Source: Gammaproteobacteria bacterium
GTDB taxonomy: Bacteria > Pseudomonadota > Gammaproteobacteria > Eutrophobiales > Eutrophobiaceae
Direction of reading: 5' to 3'
DNA length: 64,000 nt
Assembly (NCBI GenBank): GCA_965116495.1
Contig: OZ220696.1
Coordinates: forward strand, 4,128,001 to 4,192,000
Shown piece by piece: positions 1-9,544 of the stretch. Position 1 is the stretch's first letter; each line of letters opens with the position of its first letter. The translations under genes and the position numbers were made by a program. Below the pieces are notes generated by a model that worked only from the letters and a program-made list of their open reading frames with translations, was not told the DNA's origin and did not search any database.

Positions 1-8
1 TAGGCGGT

Positions 9-32
9 TTACACAGTTTTTGTTACAGTCTC
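9..32 (-). mobile_element. Probable IS256-family terminal inverted repeat (element continues off the left edge)
   Basis: Reverse complement GAGACTGTAACAAAAACTGTGTAA resembles IS256-family ends (GRGACTGT...CTGTGT). It terminates the neighbouring ORF. Confidence 0.6.
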
Positions 33-558
33 TTTAACGGGGTTCCTGACTATAGACCTTGTTCTGCTTCTACACTTCAACATCTCATCCAGCCACTCCT
101 TTGGAGGCATAATTTCCTTGCCGTCGAATTTCAGCACTCTGTTACGGGCAACTTCAATCTCCAACTTCTCTCGACCATTCTTCCTGTATTCACTAGCCCA
201 TCCAAGTTGTCCAGAAGAAGGTAAGCTCGCCCACTTACCGTCCATAGGAACGCCATTCTCCTTCAACACTCATTCGAAGTGAGCCCAATCGAACCGGATT
301 ATGCCATCATCAACGTAGTTAAACTCGCCTGCTAGTTCCCTTGCTAACCACTCACTTTGGTGGTTCGGGTTACTATGTTCATTAACTACTTTCTTGATTG
401 CGTCCTCAATTACGGTATTTCTTAGTCCTTCTATAGCGTACTTAACGTGCGATTCCACTCTTTCCCAAACATCGTCCGTAACTTCTAATCCACGCCAAAT
501 CTTATGGCCATTTAGCCATTCCTCTCTTAATTATCTCTACTTCAACGATTTTATTCAT
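9..558 (-). pseudogene. Degraded AT-rich hypothetical gene (frameshift, in-frame TGA, IS truncation)
   Basis: ORFs 270..458 and 9..269 are in the same frame, separated only by TGA at 270-272. The frame extends upstream (EEWLNGHKIWRGLEV) to about 530, and an ATG near 558 (MNKIVEVEII) lies in another frame. Confidence 0.55.
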
Positions 559-590
559 AGGTCGGCTGATGTCCTTATCAGTGGGCATGG

Positions 591-1037
591 CTAGTACTCC
601 GTCACCCCCAGCTTGTCCTTGATTCTGGCAATCAGTTCCTCCCGGCGCTGGTGCATGTCGATTAGCGGTTCCTTGCGCAGCTTCCCTGTTTCCTCCGCGT
701 TATAGGGTATAAACGGGTCGGGGAGTTCGTTCCTGCTGAAATTCAACAGTATCCAGTTCATCACGTCGGCCAGTTCCTGGTCCGAGATGGGGGCGCCGGC
801 CGCGCCCGGCACCTGTACCAGAAACTCCCTGCCGCCGGGTACGTGCAGGAAGTATCCCACAAAATTATTCATCTTCGGCACGTTGCCCTCGGAACCGGAA
901 CCGTCTGGCAAATGGCAGCCCTGGCAGTTGAGGATGTAGTTCTGCCTGGCTAGAATTTCATTGGCCCCGGTGGTTGTGTTGATACACAACAGTAGAAGTA
1001 GACATATAAGGAGGAAGTCAATTGACTGGATTTGCAT
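591..1037 (-). CDS. Periplasmic monoheme cytochrome c, probable electron acceptor of the amine dehydrogenase
   Basis: CQGCH heme motif, hydrophobic signal peptide, directly downstream of the TTQ small subunit. Start is 1037 or 1064. Confidence 0.85.
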   Translation of the reverse strand: MQIQSIDFLLICLLLLLCINTTTGANEILARQNYILNCQGCHLPDGSGSEGNVPKMNNFVGYFLHVPGGREFLVQVPGAAGAPISDQELADVMNWILLNFSRNELPDPFIPYNAEETGKLRKEPLIDMHQRREELIARIKDKLGVTEY

Positions 1038-1096
1038 CCTACGCTCCGTTGACGGCGCATCCATGCGCCACTACTCGGCTTGTGCCGGAACGACGG
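1025..1096 (-). repeat. 72-bp palindromic repeat, copy 1 (copy 2 at 30416-30487)
   Basis: Reverse complement matches 30416-30487 at 69/72 nt. Ends GTCRTTCCGG...AATCCAG belong to the local REP-like family. Confidence 0.9.
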
Positions 1097-1112
1097 TGCA
1101 ATGTACTGGGTC

Positions 1113-1190
1113 GTCATTCCGGGCTTGACCCGGAATCCAGTCAGATAACCATCGCTGGAGCCTGCCCTCGCATGTTGTAAGCGGGGGACA
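1113..1190. repeat. REP-like palindrome GTCATTCCGGGCTTGACCCGGAATCCAG with degenerate partner
   Basis: Hairpin ATTCCGGG/CCCGGAAT, same family as copies at 17.7, 30.4, 42.2 and 48.0 kb. Confidence 0.75.
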
Positions 1191-1195
1191 CATTA

Positions 1196-1714
1196 TTATT
1201 TAATCGCCACGCCCAGAATGAGGTTCACGGTGCAATGATAGGCTGTGCTTTTCGTGCCGAGGCACCAGTTGTAATCGTTGGAGGTGTGGGGCCGGTAGGT
1301 GGGCCTGTCCCCTTCATTCCTGTTGCAGAAACAGTTGCCGCAGGATGTCTTGCCGCAGCAGTCGTTGTAGGAAATGATGTAGTCCTTGCCATCGCCGGGG
1401 TTCCTGCAGGTGCCGATCCAGGTGATTGTCGACATTTCCGTTCCCGGCGGGCAACTGTTGATGGTACCGCCGCAGCACGAGCACAGGTAGCCGTCTATGG
1501 CGCAGTTGCGCCAGTAATCGCAGGTTGCCGGATCTCCCGGATCCACTGCGGGCGGGCCGGGTTGTTCTGCAGTCGCGGCGCGGGCAACCGGCAACAGGGG
1601 CATGATCGAGCCGCCGGCAATCACACCGCCGAGCCCGCCGAGAAAACTCCTGCGGGAAGACGTTTTGGCTACGTTTCTTGAAAAATTTTCCGTCAGTTTG
1701 TCTATCCAGTTCAT
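1196..1714 (-). CDS. mauA: TTQ amine dehydrogenase small (light) subunit, MauA/AauA family
   Basis: Tat motif SRRSFL, CDYWRNCAIDG, many Cys, both TTQ-forming Trp positions (ITWIGTC, NDYNWC). SD GGGAG before ATG 1714. Confidence 0.93.
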   Translation of the reverse strand: MNWIDKLTENFSRNVAKTSSRRSFLGGLGGVIAGGSIMPLLPVARAATAEQPGPPAVDPGDPATCDYWRNCAIDGYLCSCCGGTINSCPPGTEMSTITWIGTCRNPGDGKDYIISYNDCCGKTSCGNCFCNRNEGDRPTYRPHTSNDYNWCLGTKSTAYHCTVNLILGVAIK

Positions 1715-1736
1715 ACTCTTCTTCTCCCGCTGATGC

Positions 1737-2897
1737 CTATTGCGAAGCGTAGACCAGCAACGGCCAGTTATGGTAGAAATCGGCAAGGGTATTGACATGC
1801 TTGCCGGACCGGGCGTCATAGACTTCCAGTTTCATTTCAATATTGGTGGTCACGATTTTCGGCGCATCACCCATGGTGATGTCGAACGCGATGGCCGGCA
1901 GCGTGAGAGGTATGCGGTTCACCCTGGTTTTACTGCCGGTGTCAAATACCCAGATCTCCGAACCGGGGTTGTCATGGGAGCCTTCCCCGCCGTTTTCGTG
2001 CATCATCACGTAAAGCCGCCCGGTGCTGTCCGTCGCCGCCAGCCAGGCGCCGCCGGGACGCCAGTTCTGTTTCCTGTCCTCCTCATTCAGCAGGCTCCAT
2101 TTCTCTCCCAGCCTGGCTGCGCTCCCGCTTAAATCTATTTCCTGTACGGTGCCGCTGAAACTGGGGAAATAACCCGTGCCGCCGATGATCGCCGGCCTTT
2201 CGAACAGGGCGTCATCGTCGACATCGAAGAACGGCTCGATCTTTTCCTGTTCGGTAACCTGGCCGTCTTCATCAAGCTGGAAACTGACCATGGAGCCATT
2301 GCCGCACAGGGAACTGAATCCACGTTTGCCGGTGGGATAGATGCCGGCGCAGGTCGGCAACGGGACGCCGTTGACCACCTCGCGTTTTTCCAGGTCGACC
2401 ACGGTGACGAAGGTGCCGGGCGTGAAGCTGTAAAACAACAGGAACTTCTCGTTGTCGATGAGCGAAATGACAAACTTGCTGACCAGTATCTCCGCCCGTT
2501 TGAGTTTGGGATCGTGGAGGATGATTTCATCGAGGGGATTCAAGGTGGCCTTGTCGTAAATGGTCAATACGTCGGTGCGGTTGCCGCGGGTGCCGCGGTC
2601 GTAATAGTGTTCGAGTACGTACATCTCGGGTTTATTCAGCGCCTGGGTAAAGGCTGCGATAAAACCGCCGTTGAAACTTCCCTTGAAAAAATCCTTGATG
2701 TCTCCGCCCTTGATATCCATTACCATGAACCGGCCCAGGGACATGTGGTCGAAGGCGATATCGTGGACGATGACCCAGTCATCCGGGTAGGGAACGGGCA
2801 GGGTCTCCACCTTGCCCTGTTCATCATTGGGTAAATCCGCGCTGTAGCTATTCACGCAACCCAGGAGCAGCGCTAATCGTAGAAATTGTTTAAACAT
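1737..2897 (-). CDS. mauB: TTQ amine dehydrogenase large (heavy) subunit, MauB/AauB family beta-propeller
   Basis: Motifs RGTRGNRTDVLTIYD, FTPGTFVTVVDL, FSSLCGNG, WRPGG, SHDNPGSEIWV. Sec signal, adjacent to the small subunit. Confidence 0.9.
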   Translation of the reverse strand: MFKQFLRLALLLGCVNSYSADLPNDEQGKVETLPVPYPDDWVIVHDIAFDHMSLGRFMVMDIKGGDIKDFFKGSFNGGFIAAFTQALNKPEMYVLEHYYDRGTRGNRTDVLTIYDKATLNPLDEIILHDPKLKRAEILVSKFVISLIDNEKFLLFYSFTPGTFVTVVDLEKREVVNGVPLPTCAGIYPTGKRGFSSLCGNGSMVSFQLDEDGQVTEQEKIEPFFDVDDDALFERPAIIGGTGYFPSFSGTVQEIDLSGSAARLGEKWSLLNEEDRKQNWRPGGAWLAATDSTGRLYVMMHENGGEGSHDNPGSEIWVFDTGSKTRVNRIPLTLPAIAFDITMGDAPKIVTTNIEMKLEVYDARSGKHVNTLADFYHNWPLLVYASQ

Positions 2898-2962
2898 AGT
2901 CGGACCTCGATAATATACGGGCACACCCGATACATTATAACTGTGTCAGGTGTAAATAACGA

Positions 2963-2979
2963 GTGACTGTGACCTGCTT
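2963..2979 (+). repeat. 17-bp direct repeat GTGACTGTGACCTGCTT, left copy
   Basis: Identical to 10205-10221. Confidence 0.85.
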
Positions 2980-3230
2980 GCGCTATTTGGTCTGTCGGGA
3001 ACATCCTGTGCCAGGAACATCCCTGATTTCGCGTCAGTAAAGTGTGGGAATCAAAAAAACTTTGCCTGTATAACGAGTTACACGATCAATGAACATCACG
3101 CGATGGGTGTACAGGCAAATCTTGTAAAGATCATACCGTGTCAAGCAGCAAATACTAACGATTTATTGACCGGGCGCGGTGGTTTTGTCTGTGTGGCCGA
3201 ATTATTACGGCGGATACGGTTCAGGGACGA

Positions 3231-3962
3231 CTACTCTACTCTGATAGCAAGGAAAGCATGCAATTGTCGACTCCATTTCTTGCCAATATCCGGATAGTAA
3301 GTGCAGTACTCTATAATTTTTTGCACCAGTTCATTGGATTCGGGGGATACCAAACAGGCTCGGGCTTGAATATCGTTCAATGTCTGCATTCTGGCCCGGA
3401 CCCAGTCTATCGACAACAACTGTGTGCCCTGGCTATTCTCATTAATTGCGTTTACTGGCAGGTCAGCGACGCGAATGCGGTTGTAATCTTTTGGCACTAC
3501 TAAAAACGGACCCGACGGAGCCCTTTTATGCAGATTGTATGCCCGTATAAAAGCGGTTCCCATCACTGAGGACAAGGTCATCAATCCTTCACCCAACTTC
3601 ACCCTGTTCCCGTCGAGATCATCTGTTACCTCACTCGGATAACAACCGGTAATGTCTGAAAACTCGCCCTCTGCTATCGCCGCCGTCGCGAACATTCCGG
3701 TAGATGCCACGTGACGCATCAGCGCAATTGCGATGGCGATGGGACGTTCAAGCGTATCCTCACCAAAGTCGCTGACTATGGCAAAGCCGTCTCCCGTCTG
3801 ATGTACAAACAAACGTTCCGCTTCGTTCGGATAAACCTTTTTTCCGATTCGATATATAGCCCGCATCAGTTCCCTAAGGGACTTAAGCGCTTTACATTCA
3901 TCGCATTCCCAGACCTTACTGAATCCAAGAATATCAATATAGATGCACCAGCGTTGATTCAT
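3231..3962 (-). CDS. Stand-alone class III nucleotide cyclase-like protein
   Basis: YIDILGFS and TGDG acidic metal-binding motifs, AIAEGE and GTAFIRAY segments typical of the cyclase palm fold. Confidence 0.6.
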   Translation of the reverse strand: MNQRWCIYIDILGFSKVWECDECKALKSLRELMRAIYRIGKKVYPNEAERLFVHQTGDGFAIVSDFGEDTLERPIAIAIALMRHVASTGMFATAAIAEGEFSDITGCYPSEVTDDLDGNRVKLGEGLMTLSSVMGTAFIRAYNLHKRAPSGPFLVVPKDYNRIRVADLPVNAINENSQGTQLLSIDWVRARMQTLNDIQARACLVSPESNELVQKIIEYCTYYPDIGKKWSRQLHAFLAIRVE

Positions 3963-4026
3963 GGGGACCTCTTACAGAAATACTATAGCATCCGCTTTTT
4001 TCGGGGTATGTCCCTGGCGCGTTTTG

Positions 4027-4464
4027 CTATCCCGCAACACAGAAGTCGGCTATCCATTCTCGTAACTGATGCAATCGAAAACAATTGATCTGCCGTTGCA
4101 AGGGAGCCGCTCCCTCCAGGTCGAAGGTCACAGCCAATTTACCTGTGGCATGCGCGAGTTCTATGTCCTCAACCGCTTCAACCCTCAGGTAATCGTCTGG
4201 ACGCACCCCAATCCAGTCCCGCATTTGTGCAAGAACGCGTATGCAGGCCTCCAGTCCGATTTCCCCGTAACCGACATTAATACTGACTACGTCAACACCG
4301 GCATCCCGGTAACGCTGTAATTGTGGAATAAATTCCAGGTTTTTACCCAACTCCAAGGGGAGGCACCCATGGTTATCCCATACTATGGAACGGTTGTGCA
4401 GCGCTTCTGCTTCCTGCGAAACATTCCAGTTACGTTTCCTTTCCTTTGAGTATTTCCCATTCAT
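4027..4464 (-). pseudogene. Truncated membrane dipeptidase (M19 family), N-terminal part only
   Basis: WDNHGCLP and FDLEGAAPL motifs. Similarity ends near 4090, and 145 aa is far shorter than a full enzyme. Confidence 0.7.
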
Positions 4465-4470
4465 AAACTC

Positions 4471-5616
4471 TCAACCTCCAACCCAAAGCGACAGTGAGGC
4501 GCCGATAAAATTGGCAATCACATATCCCAGGATACCGCAGAGCAGGCCGGGAGTAACCAGGCTGTGCCACTTGTGGTGAGCTGCCAGCGCCGCAGCGGGC
4601 GCCGGCCCCAGAATACAGGCATTTGACGCGGTGATTAATTCAGCATAGTTGAACCGGAAGAGTTTTCCCGCCGCGATGGTGACACTCGCATGAATCAGGC
4701 AGATGAGGAAAGCATAAACCATCAAAACAGGACCGAAGGTAAACAATATTGATATATCGGCACCGGCGCCTACGACAACAAAAAACAGGTACATCAGAAA
4801 CATCCCTATCTCAAAGTCGCCGCGCAAGCCGCCCAGTTGACGCGGCAATATGTTAGCCAAAGCAACAGCAAATAACGTAATAAACAATAAAGTAAATCGG
4901 GGAACGGAAAAATACTGCGCAACGAGGGCGCTGCACCAGCAAACTCCTACCGCCAGCAGAAGCGCCAAAGCGACGCTCCCAACAGGGAGTCGAGTAGTTG
5001 GGCGGCCTGTCTCCTGACTGTGCGCCGGCCGCGACGACAACGTGACGCAGTCCGGGTGCACGGGAAATGCACGCATGAACCAGGCCGACGTAGCCATCAC
5101 TGCCAGTAAAACCAGATACGCCGTGCCGGCAATCGCATCTGAAGCAAGCGCCGCGGCCAGCAGCCCTGCATCAGTTAGTTCCAGGGTCTGCGCCACCGCG
5201 ATAAAATTCATGGAACCGCCGGTGTAGGTGGCGATGAATACCCCCAGCAGTTTATCGGCCTCCGGCCCCAGGGGCAACAGGAGTAATCCAACGATGCCCC
5301 CCAGACATGTGCCGGCAACACAAATCAAAAAAGCAACCACCAGTCGTCCGGCGCCGGCCACTACCTGCTGCAGGTTCGCTTTGAACAACAATAAGGCGAC
5401 AGCCAACGGGACAAGGTAGCTGACAATGACTCCATAGACGCGTGAAGTCTGTGGCAGCAGGCCGGTATTTGAGCATATTGCTCCTATGATCAAGGCAACC
5501 ACTGCAGCTGACAGCTTCTTTCCAAGGCTGAACCGCTCACACCATAGTGCGAATATAACAATCAGCAGTAATTGCGCAACGACCAAGACATCTGTAACGG
5601 CATCCGCCAAGGCCAC
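4471..5616 (-). CDS. DUF819-family multi-pass membrane protein (putative transporter)
   Basis: About 11-12 TM segments, ATYTGGSMNF and ASNACILGP motifs. Confidence 0.8.
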   Translation of the reverse strand: MALADAVTDVLVVAQLLLIVIFALWCERFSLGKKLSAAVVALIIGAICSNTGLLPQTSRVYGVIVSYLVPLAVALLLFKANLQQVVAGAGRLVVAFLICVAGTCLGGIVGLLLLPLGPEADKLLGVFIATYTGGSMNFIAVAQTLELTDAGLLAAALASDAIAGTAYLVLLAVMATSAWFMRAFPVHPDCVTLSSRPAHSQETGRPTTRLPVGSVALALLLAVGVCWCSALVAQYFSVPRFTLLFITLFAVALANILPRQLGGLRGDFEIGMFLMYLFFVVVGAGADISILFTFGPVLMVYAFLICLIHASVTIAAGKLFRFNYAELITASNACILGPAPAAALAAHHKWHSLVTPGLLCGILGYVIANFIGASLSLWVGG

Positions 5617-5657
5617 TTGTTCGATTGCAAGAGAGTTTTGGGGCTATCCCGGAATGG

Positions 5658-8267
5658 CTAGTGTTGAAAGCGTAAATTGACTCCGAACGTGCGTGGCGCC
5701 CCAAAATAATTAAGCGCATAGCCCAAGTCTGTTACCGTATCCACACCATTAGTGCGATACAATTCATCCGTCACATTCTTGATAAACGCTTCAAGCTGGA
5801 ATTTACTGTTTGGTGGAGTAATTTTCAGGTTTAAATCCAACAGGCCAAAACCGTCTTCTTTAATCAGTTCTACATTCTTGGGATCAAAAAATACCTCGCT
5901 TTGATAAGAATAAAACGCCCCCAGTGAAACATCCCAGGATTGAGCAAGAACCACGCTGTATTCTGCTGCAATACTGGCTGTTATTTCCGGCGTGTTTTGA
6001 AATTCCCTGTCGCTTAAATCACCCAGCGTCGCATCAATAAACTCGTCAAATTCCGCATCCGTATATCCAAGCGTACCCGAAAAAAAGAAATTATCCGTGG
6101 GGCGGGCCATGACCTCAAGCTCCAGACCGGCAATGGTCGCCTCAGCCGCGTTGGCTACGGTACTGACGAAACCTGCTCCTGATGGGTCCGTTATGAATAC
6201 CTGCTGTTGAATATCGGAATAATCCATGTAAAACCCGGCAATGTTGGCTTGTAACCTGTCATCAAACCAACGGGATTTAATCCCTGCTTCAAAACTGTAT
6301 ACTTTTTCGGGGTCAAACGGCTGTGTCTCACCTTGTACATCGGCTCTTGGGTTAAACCCACCACTTTTAAAACCCTTGGAAAAACTTGCATAAGCCAGAA
6401 CAGCTTGCGTCAACTGGTAATCCAGCGCAATTTTGGGAGAAAAATTGTTAAAATCCGTTGAGATACCCGGTTCGTTGAAACTAATCGTACCGTTCGCTTG
6501 AATTCTAAGCGATTCAAGTGTTTTATCCTCCGAAGAATACCTTGCGCCCACCGTGGCTGAAAATTTGTCTGTAAAGACATACGTTGCCGAGCCAAACCCC
6601 GCAATGGTCTCCACTTCCTGTTGTACCGTCCGATCAAATCCGAAATTGACTCCTAACCCGATGTCAAATATCACGGAGATTGGCAGACGGTGTTCTTCCT
6701 TAAAATAGTAAGCCCCCAATAACCATGTCAACCGATCATTAAATGCCTCTCCCAGTAATTGAAATTCCTGGGACACCTGCCACTGTTCAAATTCGTCGGA
6801 ATCCTGGTCGAAGATAGGAAATGGAGTTCCGTCCAAATCGCTTTGGATCAGTTCCTCTATCTCACGATAGCCGGTGATTGAACGAAACTCATAATCACCT
6901 GCATCCCAGCTGATATTCAGCGCAGTACCCCATATATCAAGGGTGTGCTTGTTGGGTGAATCGTTACTGATTTTGCGTACATGGCTATCGAGGTCTGATA
7001 CTCCGGCAGGGTCGCCGGCAACATACGTCGACAGGGAACCAAAGCCACCTTCGATAAAAGGCAGATATGGCTGTGTCCTGTCCAGACCACTGATGAAAAT
7101 GCCGGGGCCATTGGATTCATCACGGGTCACATCTGCAGACCAGTTTATTTCAAGATTTTCTGCCGGCAACGCGCGTAACGCAAACCTGCCTGTCAGCACA
7201 TCTTTGTTATTCAACTCCCCATCCAGGAATGTATTCTCGGTAAAACCGCTGTTTTTCTCACCGTATAGCGCCACGCGGGCAAATAACCGGTCTTCAATAA
7301 CGGGGACCTGTCCATAAGCGGTTCCGGTTAAACTGTCGTAACTGCCTACTCCCAGTTCAGCAGAAAACTCCGTTTCGCCCGTTAGCCGTCGGGTCACGAC
7401 GCTCACGGCGCCGCCAATTGTGTTGCGGCCAAACAGCGTCCCTTGAGGGCCGCGTAATATTTCTATACGTTCGATGTCATTCAGCTTGAACAGGGCAGCG
7501 TGCTGTCGGGCCAGGTAAATACCGTCAATATAGATGCCGACGCCGGGGTCACCCAGCTCATCGCTTTGACCAATGCCACGCACGTGAACCGTTGCCTGGC
7601 TGGTAGAATCGCGTCCGTGATTGAGTTTGAAATTCGGCACAACGCGGGCAACCTCGGCCAAATCCGTCATGTTATATCTCTCTATATCCTGCACAGTCAG
7701 CGCGGTAATGGATATAGGCGTATCCTGTAACGCTGCTTCGCGTTTTTGCGCGGTGACAACAACCTCCTCTAAAACGGAGCGGCCCTTTTGCTCGGCAGCG
7801 CCTTTTCTGCCCCGCACGCCGGCTTCAGCATTTTCCGTTTGCGCAAGCAATATTCTGTCTGAATCCTTTAATCCACTGTCTTGGCGGTATTTAAGATTAT
7901 TGTTCTCAAGCCGTGGTTGACGTCTGTTGCTGTTTGAGTCCGTAATTGTAACCGTGCCGGTTCCCGTGTATTGAAACTGGAGACTGCTATTCCTGAGCAG
8001 ATTGCGAATCGCATTACGCCGGGTAATTTTTCCCTTTACGCCATCAGTGTGGATGCCCTCTATATCAGCGGCAGCCACAAGCACCTGTACCTGAGCTTGA
8101 TCAGAAAATTCAATTAATGCTGTGCTTAACGTTTGTGATTCAATATGAAATTTGATTCGTTCATCCAACTCCGCGCTCGACAAACAATTCATTGTAGCGC
8201 TCAGTAGAAGCATCCCGGTTGACCAGGCCATTTTTCTGATAAATTGCTTTCCGTTGTGGGCCGACAT
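5658..8267 (-). CDS. TonB-dependent receptor with N-terminal STN signalling domain
   Basis: STN-like N-terminus (LSTALIEFSDQAQV), EEVVVTAQKRE, ILRGPQGTLFGRN plug motif, C-terminal PRTFGVNLRF. Confidence 0.95.
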   Translation of the reverse strand: MSAHNGKQFIRKMAWSTGMLLLSATMNCLSSAELDERIKFHIESQTLSTALIEFSDQAQVQVLVAAADIEGIHTDGVKGKITRRNAIRNLLRNSSLQFQYTGTGTVTITDSNSNRRQPRLENNNLKYRQDSGLKDSDRILLAQTENAEAGVRGRKGAAEQKGRSVLEEVVVTAQKREAALQDTPISITALTVQDIERYNMTDLAEVARVVPNFKLNHGRDSTSQATVHVRGIGQSDELGDPGVGIYIDGIYLARQHAALFKLNDIERIEILRGPQGTLFGRNTIGGAVSVVTRRLTGETEFSAELGVGSYDSLTGTAYGQVPVIEDRLFARVALYGEKNSGFTENTFLDGELNNKDVLTGRFALRALPAENLEINWSADVTRDESNGPGIFISGLDRTQPYLPFIEGGFGSLSTYVAGDPAGVSDLDSHVRKISNDSPNKHTLDIWGTALNISWDAGDYEFRSITGYREIEELIQSDLDGTPFPIFDQDSDEFEQWQVSQEFQLLGEAFNDRLTWLLGAYYFKEEHRLPISVIFDIGLGVNFGFDRTVQQEVETIAGFGSATYVFTDKFSATVGARYSSEDKTLESLRIQANGTISFNEPGISTDFNNFSPKIALDYQLTQAVLAYASFSKGFKSGGFNPRADVQGETQPFDPEKVYSFEAGIKSRWFDDRLQANIAGFYMDYSDIQQQVFITDPSGAGFVSTVANAAEATIAGLELEVMARPTDNFFFSGTLGYTDAEFDEFIDATLGDLSDREFQNTPEITASIAAEYSVVLAQSWDVSLGAFYSYQSEVFFDPKNVELIKEDGFGLLDLNLKITPPNSKFQLEAFIKNVTDELYRTNGVDTVTDLGYALNYFGAPRTFGVNLRFQH

Positions 8268-8318
8268 GTTCGTTACCTCATTCTGTAGTTACGGGACGGT
8301 TACCGCTTACAGGTGAAT

Positions 8319-8345
8319 AACGAACAACCGGGGTATTATTGAAAT
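8319..8345 (-). promoter_or_regulatory. Putative ECF sigma promoter of the TBDR gene (ATTTCAAT-N14-TCGTT)
   Basis: Same bipartite motif and spacing as at 10149-10175. Confidence 0.65.
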
Positions 8346-8373
8346 ATTTTTTATGGGGTCTGAAGTTTAGGGG

Positions 8374-9525
8374 TCATGTTTCGTTTTCGTATTCGACAAT
8401 TATTTTTCGCTCGCCGATATCTTCAACGGTGATGGGGAATATCCTGGGAAGGTGGTTCAACCATTCGTCAATCCGATCGGAAAATACGGTGCCCGTGAAA
8501 CCCAGGTTTTCAAGATTTTGATCACGAATGACAATTTGACGGTTGTAGTAACGATTTACCTCCGCAATAACGTACTTGAGCGGTTCGTTAATGTATTTTA
8601 GCTGTCCCTTCTTCCAGGATGTCGCCAGTTCGATATCTACAGGTTGTACTGTGTTTAACTGCATTCCTTCTCCATAGGTAACCGCTTCTCCTTCGCGTAG
8701 CAGAATGATGCCTTGCATTGACTGGTTTGCCGAAATAGCAGCTCCGCCCGTTTCTGCGCCGGCAACTGTAGCGTTACTTTCAAATTTTGTTACTTCCACC
8801 TGTCCTGACAATACGGTGACTTTCACCCGTTCAAGATCTCGCTTTACACTGAACGATGTGCCGATAACACGGATGGAACCACGGCCCGCGAGTACGACAA
8901 GGGGTTGACCGGGACTTTTTGCAATATCAAAAAAAGCCTGTCCTTTATCCAATACAATAATTCTCTTTTCTGATGAAAATAAAACGGACATGGTTGATTC
9001 GGCGCCCAGAACAATCGCTGAACCATCTTCCAGTTTGATATCCTGCTGGATTGATTTAGCGGTCTGGTACACCCTAGGCTCTGATGACACGTTACTCTTT
9101 AATTGCCATGTATTGGTATAGGCAAGGAGAAGTATACCTGCTGCCAATACTACAGCGGTTGTTACGAGTAAAAAGCGAAATTCAGGTTTACCTGTATTTA
9201 CAAAATGTTTATTCAGAAAGAAGGTTGCCAGGTTTTTCAAGTTTTCCCGGGACAACATACCGGCTGAAAACTTACCACCGACAATGTCCTTGGATAATTC
9301 AATCTCCTCGGGCATTAAAGAATCATCTAACACACTGCATTCTGCCCATAATTTTTCTATGCGGGTAAAGGAATCTCGATTCTCTTTGTTGGAATACCAT
9401 TCATTCCAGATGATAAAGTCCCCATCTGTTAAATCCTGTTCGCGCAAACGTATGAACCAGTTGACAGCTTCCTCGTATTTTTTATCAGGAATTTCTTCCC
9501 GGCTATAAGCTACTTTCGTAATCAT
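8374..9525 (-). CDS. FecR-family anti-sigma / transmembrane signal transducer
   Basis: EEAVNWFIRL N-terminal domain, one TM helix, LEDGS, VIGTSFSV, EVNRYY. Confidence 0.93.
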   Translation of the reverse strand: MITKVAYSREEIPDKKYEEAVNWFIRLREQDLTDGDFIIWNEWYSNKENRDSFTRIEKLWAECSVLDDSLMPEEIELSKDIVGGKFSAGMLSRENLKNLATFFLNKHFVNTGKPEFRFLLVTTAVVLAAGILLLAYTNTWQLKSNVSSEPRVYQTAKSIQQDIKLEDGSAIVLGAESTMSVLFSSEKRIIVLDKGQAFFDIAKSPGQPLVVLAGRGSIRVIGTSFSVKRDLERVKVTVLSGQVEVTKFESNATVAGAETGGAAISANQSMQGIILLREGEAVTYGEGMQLNTVQPVDIELATSWKKGQLKYINEPLKYVIAEVNRYYNRQIVIRDQNLENLGFTGTVFSDRIDEWLNHLPRIFPITVEDIGERKIIVEYENET

Positions 9526-9544
9526 AGAATACCCTCATACTGCA

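Noticed and set aside
1715-1819. N-terminal extension of the mauA ORF
   Set aside because: Overlaps mauB; SD and Tat signal support ATG 1714
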